From Bryobacterales bacterium (GTDB taxonomy: Bacteria; Acidobacteriota; Terriglobia; Bryobacterales; UBA6623), in the NCBI GenBank assembly GCA_963422375.2, contig OY729428.2:2112001-2176000 (forward strand): a stretch of 64,000 nt of DNA, given 5' to 3'. A program made the position numbers and the translations under genes. The notes below the pieces were generated by a model. That model was not told the origin of the DNA. It was given only the letters and a program-made list of their open reading frames with translations, and did not search any database. How positions within the stretch are numbered: the first letter of the stretch is position 1; every line of letters starts with the position of its first letter. Positions 1-10,044 of the stretch are shown one piece after another.

Positions 1-1
1 C

Positions 2-985
2 GGGCGGGGACGGTTCTCTCCCGAGTTGCTCGAGGCGATTCGCTCTTGCCTCCGCCTGCGGCCAGAGGACCGCTTGGGGAGTGCCGCCCATCTCCTGAAG
101 CTTCTAGATCCCGACCAACATGGCGACACTCTACCCGTACAAGAACACGAGGATTCAGGGCAGCATCGCTCGAGAGCAAGAGCCAACGCACGAGGCAGCC
201 GTTGGCGCACCAGCAAGAGAATGCTCTTGGCCGGGATCGCATTCGGCACTGCAATGGCCATTGGGGCTCTTTGGTATGGGACGCGCACGGCAGGCAGTGA
301 GTATCCGGTTCCTTGGACTGGTGACCCATACGTTGTGGGTGACCGGTTCCGCGATTGCAACGAATGCCCGGAGATGATGGTCGTGCCCGCTGGTCGTTTC
401 GTGATGGGGTCGCCCGAGTCGGAACGAGGAAGGGAGGACGATGAAGGTCCGCAGCGTGCCATCGTAATTCGTCACGCGTTTGCCGTCGGCGTATACGAAC
501 TTACTTTGGCCGAGTGGGAGGCCTGTAGTTGGGCGGGAGACTGCGGGCAACTCTATCCCTCTCACGAGGGATGGGGGCGGGATTCACGACCAGTGATTCA
601 CGTCAGATACAGCGATGACCATTCCTATATCAAATGGATCAGCGGGCGAACAGGGAAAACCTACCGGCTGCTCATCGAGGCCGAATGGAAATACGTATCA
701 CGGGCTGGAACGACGACTCAATTTTCGTTTGGAGACGAGATTTCAACACAAGATTCTAACTACATGAGTCTTCTCGGCGGGACCGTAGAAGTAAGGGAAT
801 ATCCACGGAATGAGTTTGGATTACATGACCTACAAGGAAATGTATGGGAGTGGGTGCAGAGTTGTGAAACCCTAAGTAATTGCTGGTTTGTGTATCGGAG
901 AGGCGGTGGATGGAATGACGCCGAGCAGAGCTTGCGATCAACTAACCGTGCTAGATTTTTACCCACAAGACTCAGCCAAGGTTAG
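2..985 (+). pseudogene. Ser/Thr kinase C-terminus + TM helix + formylglycine-generating enzyme (SUMF1/FGE-sulfatase) domain protein; 5' partial, interrupted by IS1595 element
   Basis: Frame is open from base 2. It shows a kinase subdomain XI-like LEAIRSCLRLRPEDR, a hydrophobic helix, and FGE motifs FRDCNECPEMMVVPAGRFVMGS, RLLIEAEWKY, NEFGLHDLQGNVWEW and RSTNR, then runs into the IS end at about 955. Confidence 0.8.
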
Positions 986-2006
986 GAGGCGGTGAGGCAT
1001 GGGCGGGGTGCGCACGGAGGCGTGGAGCAGGCGGGGGACCAGCGCCTCCAGGTGGTAGCGGCGGTTGAAGCGGTAGCGGAACGCGGCGAGGTACCGCGGC
1101 AGGTGCTTGCCGTCGAGCGCATGGCAGGTTCCCGCCAGGGACTGCTTGACGTGCGCCAGCATCGTGTTGACCCGGACGAAGCGGGAATCCCCGCAGCTCC
1201 GCTGCCCGCCTGCGGTGACGGTCGGCACGTGCTCGCAGCCGGCGCCGGCCACGCCCCGCAAGCAGGCCAAGCCGTCGGAATGCACCTCCGTGCCGGGCTG
1301 CAGGTGCCGCCCGGCCCACGCTGCCAGCGTCTTCTTGCGGAAGCCCGCCACGCTGGCCACGCTGCTCATGCGCATCCTTGCCGGCTGGCCGGCGGCGCTG
1401 ACCTGCACGGCGGCGACGAACGGCGTCCTGCCCGCCGCGCCGCGCCCGCGCTGGCCGCCGCTCCGCTCCCCGCCCCGGTAGGCGTCGTCCGCCTGCACGA
1501 TGCCGCCCGGCGGCAGGCGCTCGTCGCGCTCCTTCATCACTTGCAAGAGCTTGTGCTTCATCTTCCAAGCCGTGTTCCGGCTCACGCCCGGCTGCCGCGC
1601 CAGTTCCAGCGACGAAACGCCGTGCTTGCCCTGCGTCAGCAGGTGGAGCGCCAGGAGCCGGACGGTCAGCGGCAGCTTGGTGGCGGCGAAGATCGTGCCG
1701 GCGACGAGGGAGGTCCGGCGGTGGCAGGCATGGCACTGCCAGAGCTTGCGGGAGCGGATGCGGCAGTGCCGGCGGGAGCCGCACCCCGGGCAGCGGAAGC
1801 CGTCCGGCCGCCGTCCGGCCAGCGGGCGTTGCAGACGGCCTGCTCGCATGGCCCCTCGCTGCCGTAGCGCTGCAGGAACTTGCCCGGGCTGAGTCCCTGC
1901 TGGAATTGCACGCGATTGCGTTTCATCTGCTATCCCCTTTCCTGTCAGAGATTTCCGACCTCCTCCAGTATAGCATATCCTCGGCTGACGTTCGTTGGTA
2001 ATCAGG
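954..2006 (-). mobile_element. IS1595-family (ISXo2-like) insertion sequence, decayed
   Basis: Imperfect inverted ends 954-977 (..ttacccacaagactcagcc) and 1983-2006 (ggctgacgttcgttggtaatcagg) enclose a transposase. Exact left boundary uncertain. Confidence 0.8.
959..1926 (-). pseudogene. IS1595-family transposase, frameshifted
   Basis: N-terminus MKRNRVQFQQGLS...RWPDG (frame 1926) joins the Zn-ribbon/DDE frame 959-1849 (CPGCG, CHAC, DDAY, SDG, HLPRYL..FRYRFNRR) if the 11-bp duplication at 1799-1820 is removed. Confidence 0.9.
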
Positions 2007-2008
2007 TA

Positions 2009-2056
2009 CGATTAAACGACACTGAATTCCGGATTTCTCGCAGTATTTCACAGTAG
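2009..2056 (+). pseudogene. Detached C-terminal end of the FGE-domain gene
   Basis: Immediately after the IS the sequence reads RLNDTEFRISRSISQ*, resembling the terminal RxxxxGFRxxR motif of FGE domains. Confidence 0.55.
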
Positions 2057-2209
2057 GAAGTCGCGGTATATTGTCTTGATTTCTGCTAGAAGACAAAATG
2101 ATTCCTTCCTGAACACTAGAGAACCCGTGATGCGGTAGAATTAGCGGAAAATGCAAAGGATAGATTCAATCATACCATGTTTTTGTGCGGGGAAACTGAG
2201 CCTAGAAAC

Positions 2210-2449
2210 CTAAGGCCACTTCCTTGTCTTAGCTTCGGACTTTCGCAAGAAGTTCCACATCATCTTGCACGGTTCCAAAAGGAAAAAAACGACGTCTTGC
2301 AATATGAGAAACAAAAATATGAGGCCCGGAATGCCTAGAGAAAGCCATTCATACACCGCGGATTCTCTCGAGTCCGACAAGAATCCGATCAAGCCAGCCG
2401 CTGTTCCCAGGACGAGCGGAACCGCTGCGACGGTGATGCCCCCTTTCAT
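2210..2449 (-). CDS. Small hypothetical membrane protein or fragment
   Basis: 79-aa ORF with two hydrophobic stretches in a lower-GC patch; no recognisable family. Confidence 0.3.
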   Translation of the reverse strand: MKGGITVAAVPLVLGTAAGLIGFLSDSRESAVYEWLSLGIPGLIFLFLILQDVVFFLLEPCKMMWNFLRKSEAKTRKWP

Positions 2450-3442
2450 GTTGACGACCTTACCGAGTGCTTTGCGGCCCAGGCGTAGGGACCGGTAGCA
2501 AGAGGTCCCCCACGCGAGACCATGAGCCGAATCGGACCGGTCGATGCCGGGCTAGGATCCGACGTGCTTGCATCGGTGAGTCTCTGCCGAACCAGCCCGC
2601 GATCACTGGATTCGCGCTCGGTTTCCGCAACATCTTACAAACCCTCATGAAAGGCGACAGCTCACTCCGAATGCATGAGCTCGGGCACGAGCGCGACGCA
2701 CGGCCGTGGCGCACTCCACGGCGGAAAAGGTACGAGCAACTGCCTCTCCATCCCGGGCGGGGCGGATGCCCCGGACTGCGACTCCGAATTGTACCCGGAG
2801 TGCTCGGATTGAGTCCCGAATCCTGTCCCGCCTCGTGCCGAGGCCGGACAGGAAAGTGATCCGCGCGGCAAGGCGCCAGCGCAAAGCGAGCGCCCTACCG
2901 CTTCTGTCGCGCCAGCGCACGGAGTCCCCACTCCATCACCTTGGAGGCCCCCACCCGCCCGGGCGACGAGCCCACGTCCCGCATAATCCCCGTTCTTCCA
3001 CCAGGTGGCGAGCCACAGGAGGGCTGCCCCAGCGAGCCCTCCCTAGCCGGGAACTGGAATCGCAAGGTGGCCCCGCGAATTCCACTTCCGAAAGATACGG
3101 TGGGTGTGTACCTCCAGAAGCTGCGTGAGATGTCGGTGTCTCAAAGGAGGTCAACCCGCTAGGGTCAGCCTTGGGGCGAACTCTGCCTGTTGCGCTAGGG
3201 CCCGATTGCGAGGAATCGTCGTGGCGACACGTTTGGGCCCACCTAGCCATCCAGCAAGCATCGTTACTCGCCGGGCTTGCTCGATGCCACGGCACGCGGC
3301 GCGAATTGCCTCGAGCAACGTTGCACTTCCAAGTTGGCATTCAGGGCCGTTCCGGGCCACGGTAGCGGCAGCGAGAGACGAGCCGCAATCCCGAGGCGCA
3401 TGACCCTGCGTAGCCAAGGTGCCCGGCACTGCCCGCTCGAAT

Positions 3443-4273
3443 TCACTCGATGCGGAAGCTGATGTCGGCCGCAGGCGCGGAATGGGTCAATGCGCCCACC
3501 GAAGCGAAATCTGCCCCGGCGTCGGCGTAGGCCCGGATCGTGTCGAGACCGATATTCCCCGAGACCTCGACCCTGGCCCGGCCGCCGATGCGACCGATGG
3601 CGCACGCCACCTCGTCCGGGCTGAAGTTGTCGAGGAGGATGAGGCCGGCCCCGCAAGCAAGCGCCTCCTCGAGTTCGCGAATGCTCCTCACTTCGATCTC
3701 GACCGAGAGGCCCGTACTGGCGCATCTCTCCAGCGCGGGCCGGATTCCCCCGGCCGCCTCGATGTGGTTGTTCTTGATCAGAATGGCATCGAAGAGGCCG
3801 GTGCGATGGTTGGAGCCGCCGCCCGCGCGCACGGACAGCTTGTCGATCAGGCGCATGCCGGGCGCAGTCTTCCGGGTGTCGAGAAGCGTGCAGGCCGTTC
3901 CCCGGAGGATCTCGGCGTAGCGCCGTGCGTGCGTTGCTACGCCGCAGGTCCTCTGCAACAGGTTCAGGGCGGTGCGTTCGAGCGTTAGCAGCCGCCGGGC
4001 GGAGCCGCGCACGCGGGCTAGGATCTGGCCCTTCCTGACCGCAGCACCGTCGGGGTGGAGCACCCGAGATTCCTCGCCCGAATAGACCAGTTTCAGCAAC
4101 GGGCCCCCCGCTAGGACGAGGTCCTGCTTCGGCAGGAAGAAGCCGCTCGCCTCGTGGTCGTCCGCAAGGCAGGCCTCGGTCGTGACGTCCCCGCTGCCGA
4201 TGTCCTCGCGCAGGGCGAGCCTGATCAGCTCGCGGATCTGCGGGTGGTCCCAAGAGCAGGCATCGACGGTCAT
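3443..4273 (-). CDS. nadC: Nicotinate-nucleotide pyrophosphorylase (quinolinate phosphoribosyltransferase)
   Basis: Motifs EDIGSGDVTT, ERTALN, DTRKT, NHRTGL, LIKNNH, EIEV and ILLDN. ATG at 4273 overlaps the upstream stop (ATGA). Confidence 0.95.
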   Translation of the reverse strand: MTVDACSWDHPQIRELIRLALREDIGSGDVTTEACLADDHEASGFFLPKQDLVLAGGPLLKLVYSGEESRVLHPDGAAVRKGQILARVRGSARRLLTLERTALNLLQRTCGVATHARRYAEILRGTACTLLDTRKTAPGMRLIDKLSVRAGGGSNHRTGLFDAILIKNNHIEAAGGIRPALERCASTGLSVEIEVRSIRELEEALACGAGLILLDNFSPDEVACAIGRIGGRARVEVSGNIGLDTIRAYADAGADFASVGALTHSAPAADISFRIE

Positions 4274-5262
4274 GGTCCGGGAGCCTCGCATCGAGCGGGC
4301 GACGATGCGGAGAACAGGACCCGAGTCGCTGCGTAGATCGCTCTGAGTGTCGGGACGGTAACTCGGTTTCTCTCCGCGAGCTCGACAACCGAGCCCAGCA
4401 GGGCGTCGATCTCGGGCTCCCTGCCGCGGTCGAGATCTTGGAGCATTGAAGTGCGATGGCTGCCTGCGGCCCGGACGCCGTCGATGCGGCGCTCGTTCGA
4501 CACGGCGATCCGCACGCCGACAGCGGAGGCGACCTCGCGGATCTCGTCCATTTGGTCCCTCACAAGCCGAAGTCCGTACCGGGAACCGATCAACTCGGAC
4601 AAGGTGGTGCGCGTCAGTGCGCTGAGGGGATTGACAGCCCCGTTGCCAAGGAGCTTGACCCAGAGCTCGTGACGGATGTCGTTACGCACCGGCGCCTTCA
4701 TGCCGACGTTGCGAAGCGCCTCGGACAGCGCTAGGACGCGTTCCGTGCGACCTCCGGCCGGTTCACCGAGCGGCAGCCGCGCGCCTGTCGAGTGAGCCAC
4801 CTCTCCCGGCGCAGGCATCGAGCAGGAGAAGTAGACGATCGAGCCGATCACTAGATCCGGCGGGATGTGCCGAGCGATGACGCCGCCAGGATCGACAGCC
4901 ATGATCGGAGCGTCCTCGCCCCGGGCGCCGTACGAATACCACCAAGGAAGCCCGTTCTGGGTGGAGACGAACGCCGTGCGTGGCCCCCTCAGGGGTCCGA
5001 CATGGGGCGCAACCTGCGTGAGGGCGCTCGCCTTGACCCCGAGGATGACGTAGTCCGACGGCCCGACGGCCTCGGTCCGGGCAACTGCTCGCACCTTGTA
5101 AGTCCGATCGCCGAACAAGGCGCTGCGAACCATTAGCCCGCTGCGCGACAGCGCTTCGAGGTTGCGGCCCCTCGCGATGAAATGCACGTCGTGACCGCCC
5201 TCTAGGAGGCGGGCACCGAGAAAGCCTCCGACGGCGCCCGCTCCGTAAATAGCGAATTTCAA
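4270..5262 (-). CDS. panE: 2-dehydropantoate 2-reductase (ApbA/PanE family)
   Basis: GAGAVG Rossmann motif, QNG, WVKLLGN, TSMLQD..GREPEID; TTG start. Confidence 0.88.
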   Translation of the reverse strand: MKFAIYGAGAVGGFLGARLLEGGHDVHFIARGRNLEALSRSGLMVRSALFGDRTYKVRAVARTEAVGPSDYVILGVKASALTQVAPHVGPLRGPRTAFVSTQNGLPWWYSYGARGEDAPIMAVDPGGVIARHIPPDLVIGSIVYFSCSMPAPGEVAHSTGARLPLGEPAGGRTERVLALSEALRNVGMKAPVRNDIRHELWVKLLGNGAVNPLSALTRTTLSELIGSRYGLRLVRDQMDEIREVASAVGVRIAVSNERRIDGVRAAGSHRTSMLQDLDRGREPEIDALLGSVVELAERNRVTVPTLRAIYAATRVLFSASSPARCEAPGP

Positions 5263-5271
5263 GGTGCTCGC

Positions 5272-5901
5272 CTACCGCAGCGCAGCGCGCATGCCTGCTT
5301 CGAGCTCGTCCAGCGCGTCCGAGAAGAAGTGGTCGGCGGCCTCGATCCAGGTGATCTGCCGCGGTTGGGCCGCGGAGTGGAGCACTCGCTCCATGCTCGG
5401 CCGGCTGCCGTACTCGTCCCGCGTGCTATGGACGAAGTGCTTGGGACAGAGGCACTTTCCCAGAAAGGCGAAGTCACCTCGGCCCACAGGCGTGCCGACC
5501 GCGATCACGCGGTTCACCGCGGGGTTACCGCAGGACACGCGCAACGACACCCTCGCTCCGAAGGAGAAGCCGCCTACGATCAACGGCACGCCAGGATAGC
5601 GGTCTTGGACGTACCGTAATGCGGCTCGCAGGTCATCCTGCTCGCCGCGGCCCGCGTCGTAGGTGCCGCTGCTCGTGCCGACGCCGCGGTAGTTGAATCG
5701 CAGGACGGATGCGCCGTCGGCGCGGGCGGCCCTGGCCATCCTGTATACGACCTTGTTGTGCATCGTGCCGCCGTACTGCGGGTGGGGGTGGCACACGACC
5801 ACGACCCTCTCAATCCGACCCGGCGTCTCCGGCTCCTCGAGCAGGGACTCCAGACGGCCGGCCGGGCCGGCGATGTGGATGGACTGGAGCGTTCGGGCCA
5901 C
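5272..5901 (-). CDS. Alpha/beta-fold hydrolase
   Basis: CHPHPQYGGTMHNKV, RFNYRGVG, GFSFG nucleophile elbow, ADHFF. Confidence 0.92.
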   Translation of the reverse strand: MARTLQSIHIAGPAGRLESLLEEPETPGRIERVVVVCHPHPQYGGTMHNKVVYRMARAARADGASVLRFNYRGVGTSSGTYDAGRGEQDDLRAALRYVQDRYPGVPLIVGGFSFGARVSLRVSCGNPAVNRVIAVGTPVGRGDFAFLGKCLCPKHFVHSTRDEYGSRPSMERVLHSAAQPRQITWIEAADHFFSDALDELEAGMRAALR

Positions 5902-6394
5902 GGGCTAGGCGGGCAGCTGCGGCAGGACCGCGCCGCTGCGCAACGGGCCTGCCTCTCGAAACAAGCACGGGCCTGTGCAGCGTCGGCGCGGCGCGAGCCG
6001 CAGGCAACCGGTTTCAAGTCCATTATGGCCGGACAGCGCGAGACTGCAGGCCATCGGATTCGGGCACTCCCCGCGGGCCCGTGCCGTCGGCCGACTGGAA
6101 GTACAGCGACCGTAGTGGTAACCAGAGCTGACCGAGAGTCACGACTGGACCCTAGCCGCTCTCGGTGCCTCCCGGCCTCGGTACTACACCGCGGACGGAG
6201 ATCTCGGGCGGAGCGTCTCGCGGCGACCGGGCGTGCGCACCGACACTTGTCGCCCGCTCGTTGCTCCCTCGGCGAGAAGCGCCATATGGCCGTATGATTG
6301 TGGCCGGATGAACCGTTGGACAGGAACATTCGGTCAGTGGCGTGGAGCGCGTCGGCGCCCGTGCGCGGAGTACCGAGCTCCGCCCTCTCGCCGC

Positions 6395-7920
6395 ATGCGG
6401 TCATTCCAAGCCTGCCTGTTCGCGCTGTTCGCCGCGTCCTGCGGTGCTAGGCATCCGAACGCGCTTCCGGAATGGCCGAGCGTACTGTTCATCGCTGTGG
6501 ATGACCTGAACGTGGACCTCGGAGCGTACGGCGAGCTGGATGACCTGAACGTGGACCTCGGAGCGTACGGCGAGCACCCCACCGCCAAGACGCCAAACAT
6601 CGACCGCCTGGCATCGCAAGGCGTTCGATTCGACCGTGCGTACGCCCAAGACCCGCTGTGCAACCCGTCACGCACCTCGCTGCTGAGCGGCAGGAGGCCC
6701 GCCTCGACCCAGGTCTACGGCAACTTCGTCGAACCGCGTAGTCAGATCGGTTCGGTGGTCATGCTGCCCGAGCATTTCCGCACGCACGGATATTTCACCG
6801 CACGGGTCGGCAAGATCGCCCACGGGCGCTACGAGGACTCCGTCGAGTGGGACATATCCGAAATGCCGCGAGGCGCGAGTATTACCTGCCGGGGGCGGAC
6901 AGCTCAGAGGTACGGGACAACTCCTGGATCGATGGATCCGAAAACGGTCTGTCGAGGGCCGAGATTCTGAACCACTTAAACCGCCCGACCGGCATGCCTC
7001 TGACATGGCGCGCCACGGACGAGACCGAGGCTGAGACGCCGGACGGCCAGACCGCTCGCAGGGTCATCGAGATCATGCGCGCCAACCGCGACAGGCCCTT
7101 CTTCATCGGCGCGGGATTCCACAAGCCCCATCAGCCCTGGGTCGCCCCGGCATCGTTCTGCGAGCAGCACCAGGTGGCGAACGTCGAACTCGCGGGAGGC
7201 CCTGCTGACGACCGCCGCGACATACCGCCTCCCGCGCTGAGCGGCTACCCCGAGGATGGGGACCACACCGCGAAGCAAAAGCGCCAGGCTATCGCCGCCT
7301 ACCACGCGACAGTGACGCTGGTCGATGTCCAAGTCGGCTTGCTCATGGAGGCCCTCGCCGAGCTCGGACTGGACGGAACGACAATCGTCGTGTTCTTCAG
7401 CGATCACGGGTTCCATCTCGACGAGCACGGCGGTCTCTGGCGCAAGCACACGCAGTTCGAGGAATCGACCCGGGTGCCTCTCATTGTCCGCGCGCCCGGA
7501 GGCCTCTCGGGAGTTGCTACTGACGCCCTCGTCGAACTCGTGGATCTCTATCCGACGCTCGCGGACCTGTGCGGCCTACCGATTCCGGAGGGCTTGGAAG
7601 GGACGAGCTTCAGGCCCGTGCTGGAAGACCCCGAGATTCCATGGAAGCCGGCTGTCTTCTCGGAACTCCAGCGGAGCCGCTGGCATGGACGGTCAATTCG
7701 AACGGCAAGCCACCGGTATACGGAATGGTCTCCCCTTGAAGGAGACGACGAGGCTCTGCTCGAGATGTACGATCTCGAAAACGACCCCAGAGAATTCACG
7801 AATATCGCGATGATGGCCGAGCACGCCGAACTTCGGCTGGAGCTAGCAGGAGCGCTGAAGAACGGATGGCGCGGGGCTCTTCCCGCGCCCCTTGCGAAAA
7901 GCAGCAGGGTCATCGAATAG
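6395..7920 (+). pseudogene. Sulfatase (iduronate-2-sulfatase-like), frameshifted at about 6860 and carrying a 39-bp duplication
   Basis: Signal peptide, FIAVDDL, CNPSR, GKIAH in frame 6233; GFHKPH, SDHG, WRKH, VELVDLYPT and YDLENDP in frame 6847. Confidence 0.88.
6498..6575 (+). repeat. Perfect 39-bp tandem duplication
   Basis: tggatgacctgaacgtggacctcggagcgtacggcgagc at 6498-6536 and 6537-6575. Confidence 0.97.
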
Positions 7921-9589
7921 CGATTCTAATTTTGGCCATCAAGGGGGTGCGTGAGAGTTGATTAGGAGGATGAGATGAACAAGTCGACCGCGAGGTCGCG
8001 CTACTGAGGCCGCCCCGCGGGAGCGTCGGACGGCGGGCAGGGTCGTGGCGCGGCCCGCGTCGCGGGTCCGCCGAGTGCCGAGCCCGCGGCCGGACGCACT
8101 CCGGCGGTAGCCGGCTGCGACGGTCGGACGCTGGCCGGACGCTGCCGGCACGCAACTGCGCGGAGTCCAGGCCCCGGCTGCCTGGCAGCCCGGCGGCGCG
8201 CGTCCGTCGCGCACCGCCGCCAGCAGCGTCGGCCGGTCCGGGAAGCGGAACCAGCGCAGCGCGACCTGCAGCTCCCGGAACAGGGCGCGGCGCGTGACCG
8301 GCTGGCGCCGGCACTGCCGCCGCAGCGCGCAGACGCACTGCACCACGGCGTGGAGCGCGAAGGCGAACAGGTTCGGCACGGCCGGCACGTTGGCCAGCCC
8401 GTCCTTGCCGTGCCCGAAGTTGCGCTTGCAGTTGCGGCCGTGCCGCGCCAGGCAGTTGCAGCCCTCGTTCTCGATCTTCCAGCGCGCCCGGCCGGCCCGC
8501 GCGATCCGCTCCGCGTTGTCCGCGGTGACCGCGAGACCGGCGAAGAAGCTGCTGGCGCAGGTGCGCTTGCCGTCGCGCTCCACGGCGTACTCGAGCCAAG
8601 TGCCCCGCAGGGCGTCGCGGCCCTGGCGCAGGGGCACCGCGGCCGTCCAGCGGAAACGGTGCCGCTCGGAGCGCTTGCCCTTCCCGCGCCGCGGCAGCCA
8701 GCCGGTCGAGCGCACCGCGCCGCTCGCCCGCCGGCTCTCCGGCACCTCGTACCAGTGCTTGCGGGATCCGGGCTTGCATGCCCGGATGCAGTCCATGCCG
8801 GCCGCCGCGGCGGCAGGCCTGCAGCCAGGCGCCGCGAGCGGCGATCCGGCGCTTGGCGGCGTTGCGCTCGCAGTCCCGCTTGCGCTCGTCCTCGCTCATG
8901 TCGGCGCGGGTCGCGGCCGCGTCCTGCTGCGGGCACGCGAACTCGGGCATCAGCGGCAGGACGGTGGCGTGGCCGTCGGCCACCGCGGTGGCCGACGGCC
9001 ATGGTCTGGAAGTGATGCGGCCGGCGCTCGCTGCCGGCGCGCCGCACCGAGCACTGCGGGCAATGCACCCTGTCGGAGCGGTGGAACCGGACGCCGTCCG
9101 GAGCCGCCGGCAGGCGCTCGTCGAGGCGCTGGAAGGGCTCGAGCGCGCCCTGCGCGGCCACGGTTGCGAGGCACGGCCGGAACGGCGGGTCGAACGCGGC
9201 CGGGTCGAGGTCGTCGAGCAAGTTGCGGATCCGGTGGTCGCAGGGGATGCGGCCCGCGCCGCACAGGGTCCGGCAGTTGCAGCGGGAGCCGTCCCGCTCC
9301 ATGCGCCGCTGGAACGCGAGCAACGACTCGCACCGGGTGAAGAAGCAGGCCGGGGCGCACCAGGGCGCAACCGGCGGCGTCGCTGACCGCGTAGCGCGTG
9401 TTGCTGCGACCCTCGCGCCGGTCGGGCCGGCCGGCGGCCGTCCCGCGGAAGGCGCTCGGCAGCGCGTCCAGGACATGGGGCATGCACCCTAGCTCACACA
9501 TTCCGCTAGCAAAAGTCAAGTGCCAGACTGCCTTCGACACCTTTCTCAGACACTCTGGAAATCCCAAAATGCCCAAATTGAGAATCGCT
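7919..9589 (-). mobile_element. Decayed insertion sequence (ISNCY-like DDE transposase)
   Basis: Inverted ends agcgattctaattttggccat (7919-7939) and atgcccaaattgagaatcgct (9569-9589) match at 18/21 positions; no obvious target duplication. Confidence 0.8.
7939..9483 (-). pseudogene. DDE transposase, multiple frameshifts
   Basis: Fragments in three frames: PDRREGRSNTRY, FQRRME..RIPCDHRIRNLLD, DGVRFHRSDRVHCPQC, VLPLMPEF, KRDCERNAAKR, GRARWKIENEG, NFGHGKDGL. 3' end approximate. Confidence 0.82.
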
Positions 9590-10044
9590 GATCCGCAGCT
9601 GCTTCCGCTCCAGCTCCTAGGTGAAGTCCGGGGCGCAGGCGGGCGCGTCCGGCACCGTAGGAATACTGGGTTCCGGTCTCAGCTGCATAGAGTATCGCGA
9701 GGCCTCGTCCCTGGACCAACGCAGCCCCGTCCGGTCCGAATTGAAATTCGATCGGCTTGAAGCCAGCACGCCGACCTCGCCGCGGAAAGGATTGAGCTGC
9801 TAGGTCGTCGCGGACCGGCACCATGAGGCCGTGCCCGGGAGCGTCGCGGGATTAGCGGTCGGGGCTCGGCGCATCTGACGGGGCAGGCCCCCGGGGCGCA
9901 CTTCTCGGGATGGTCGCAAGAAGGGAATTGCCTGAAGCCCGCGGACCCGAGCGTGTCGGATCCCATAGGGGACACGACACGGGCCGGATCCCAACCGACG
10001 GGCGGTGAGGGCCGGGTATGAAAGCCGCACAATGCGCAAGGGGT

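Noticed and set aside
6498..6575. Mini-CRISPR from the 39-bp repeat
   Set aside because: The copies are directly adjacent with no spacer and encode a sulfatase motif.
9590..9824. Fragment FKPIEFQFGPDGA resembling a beta-propeller dehydrogenase motif
   Set aside because: A single short motif with no supporting context.
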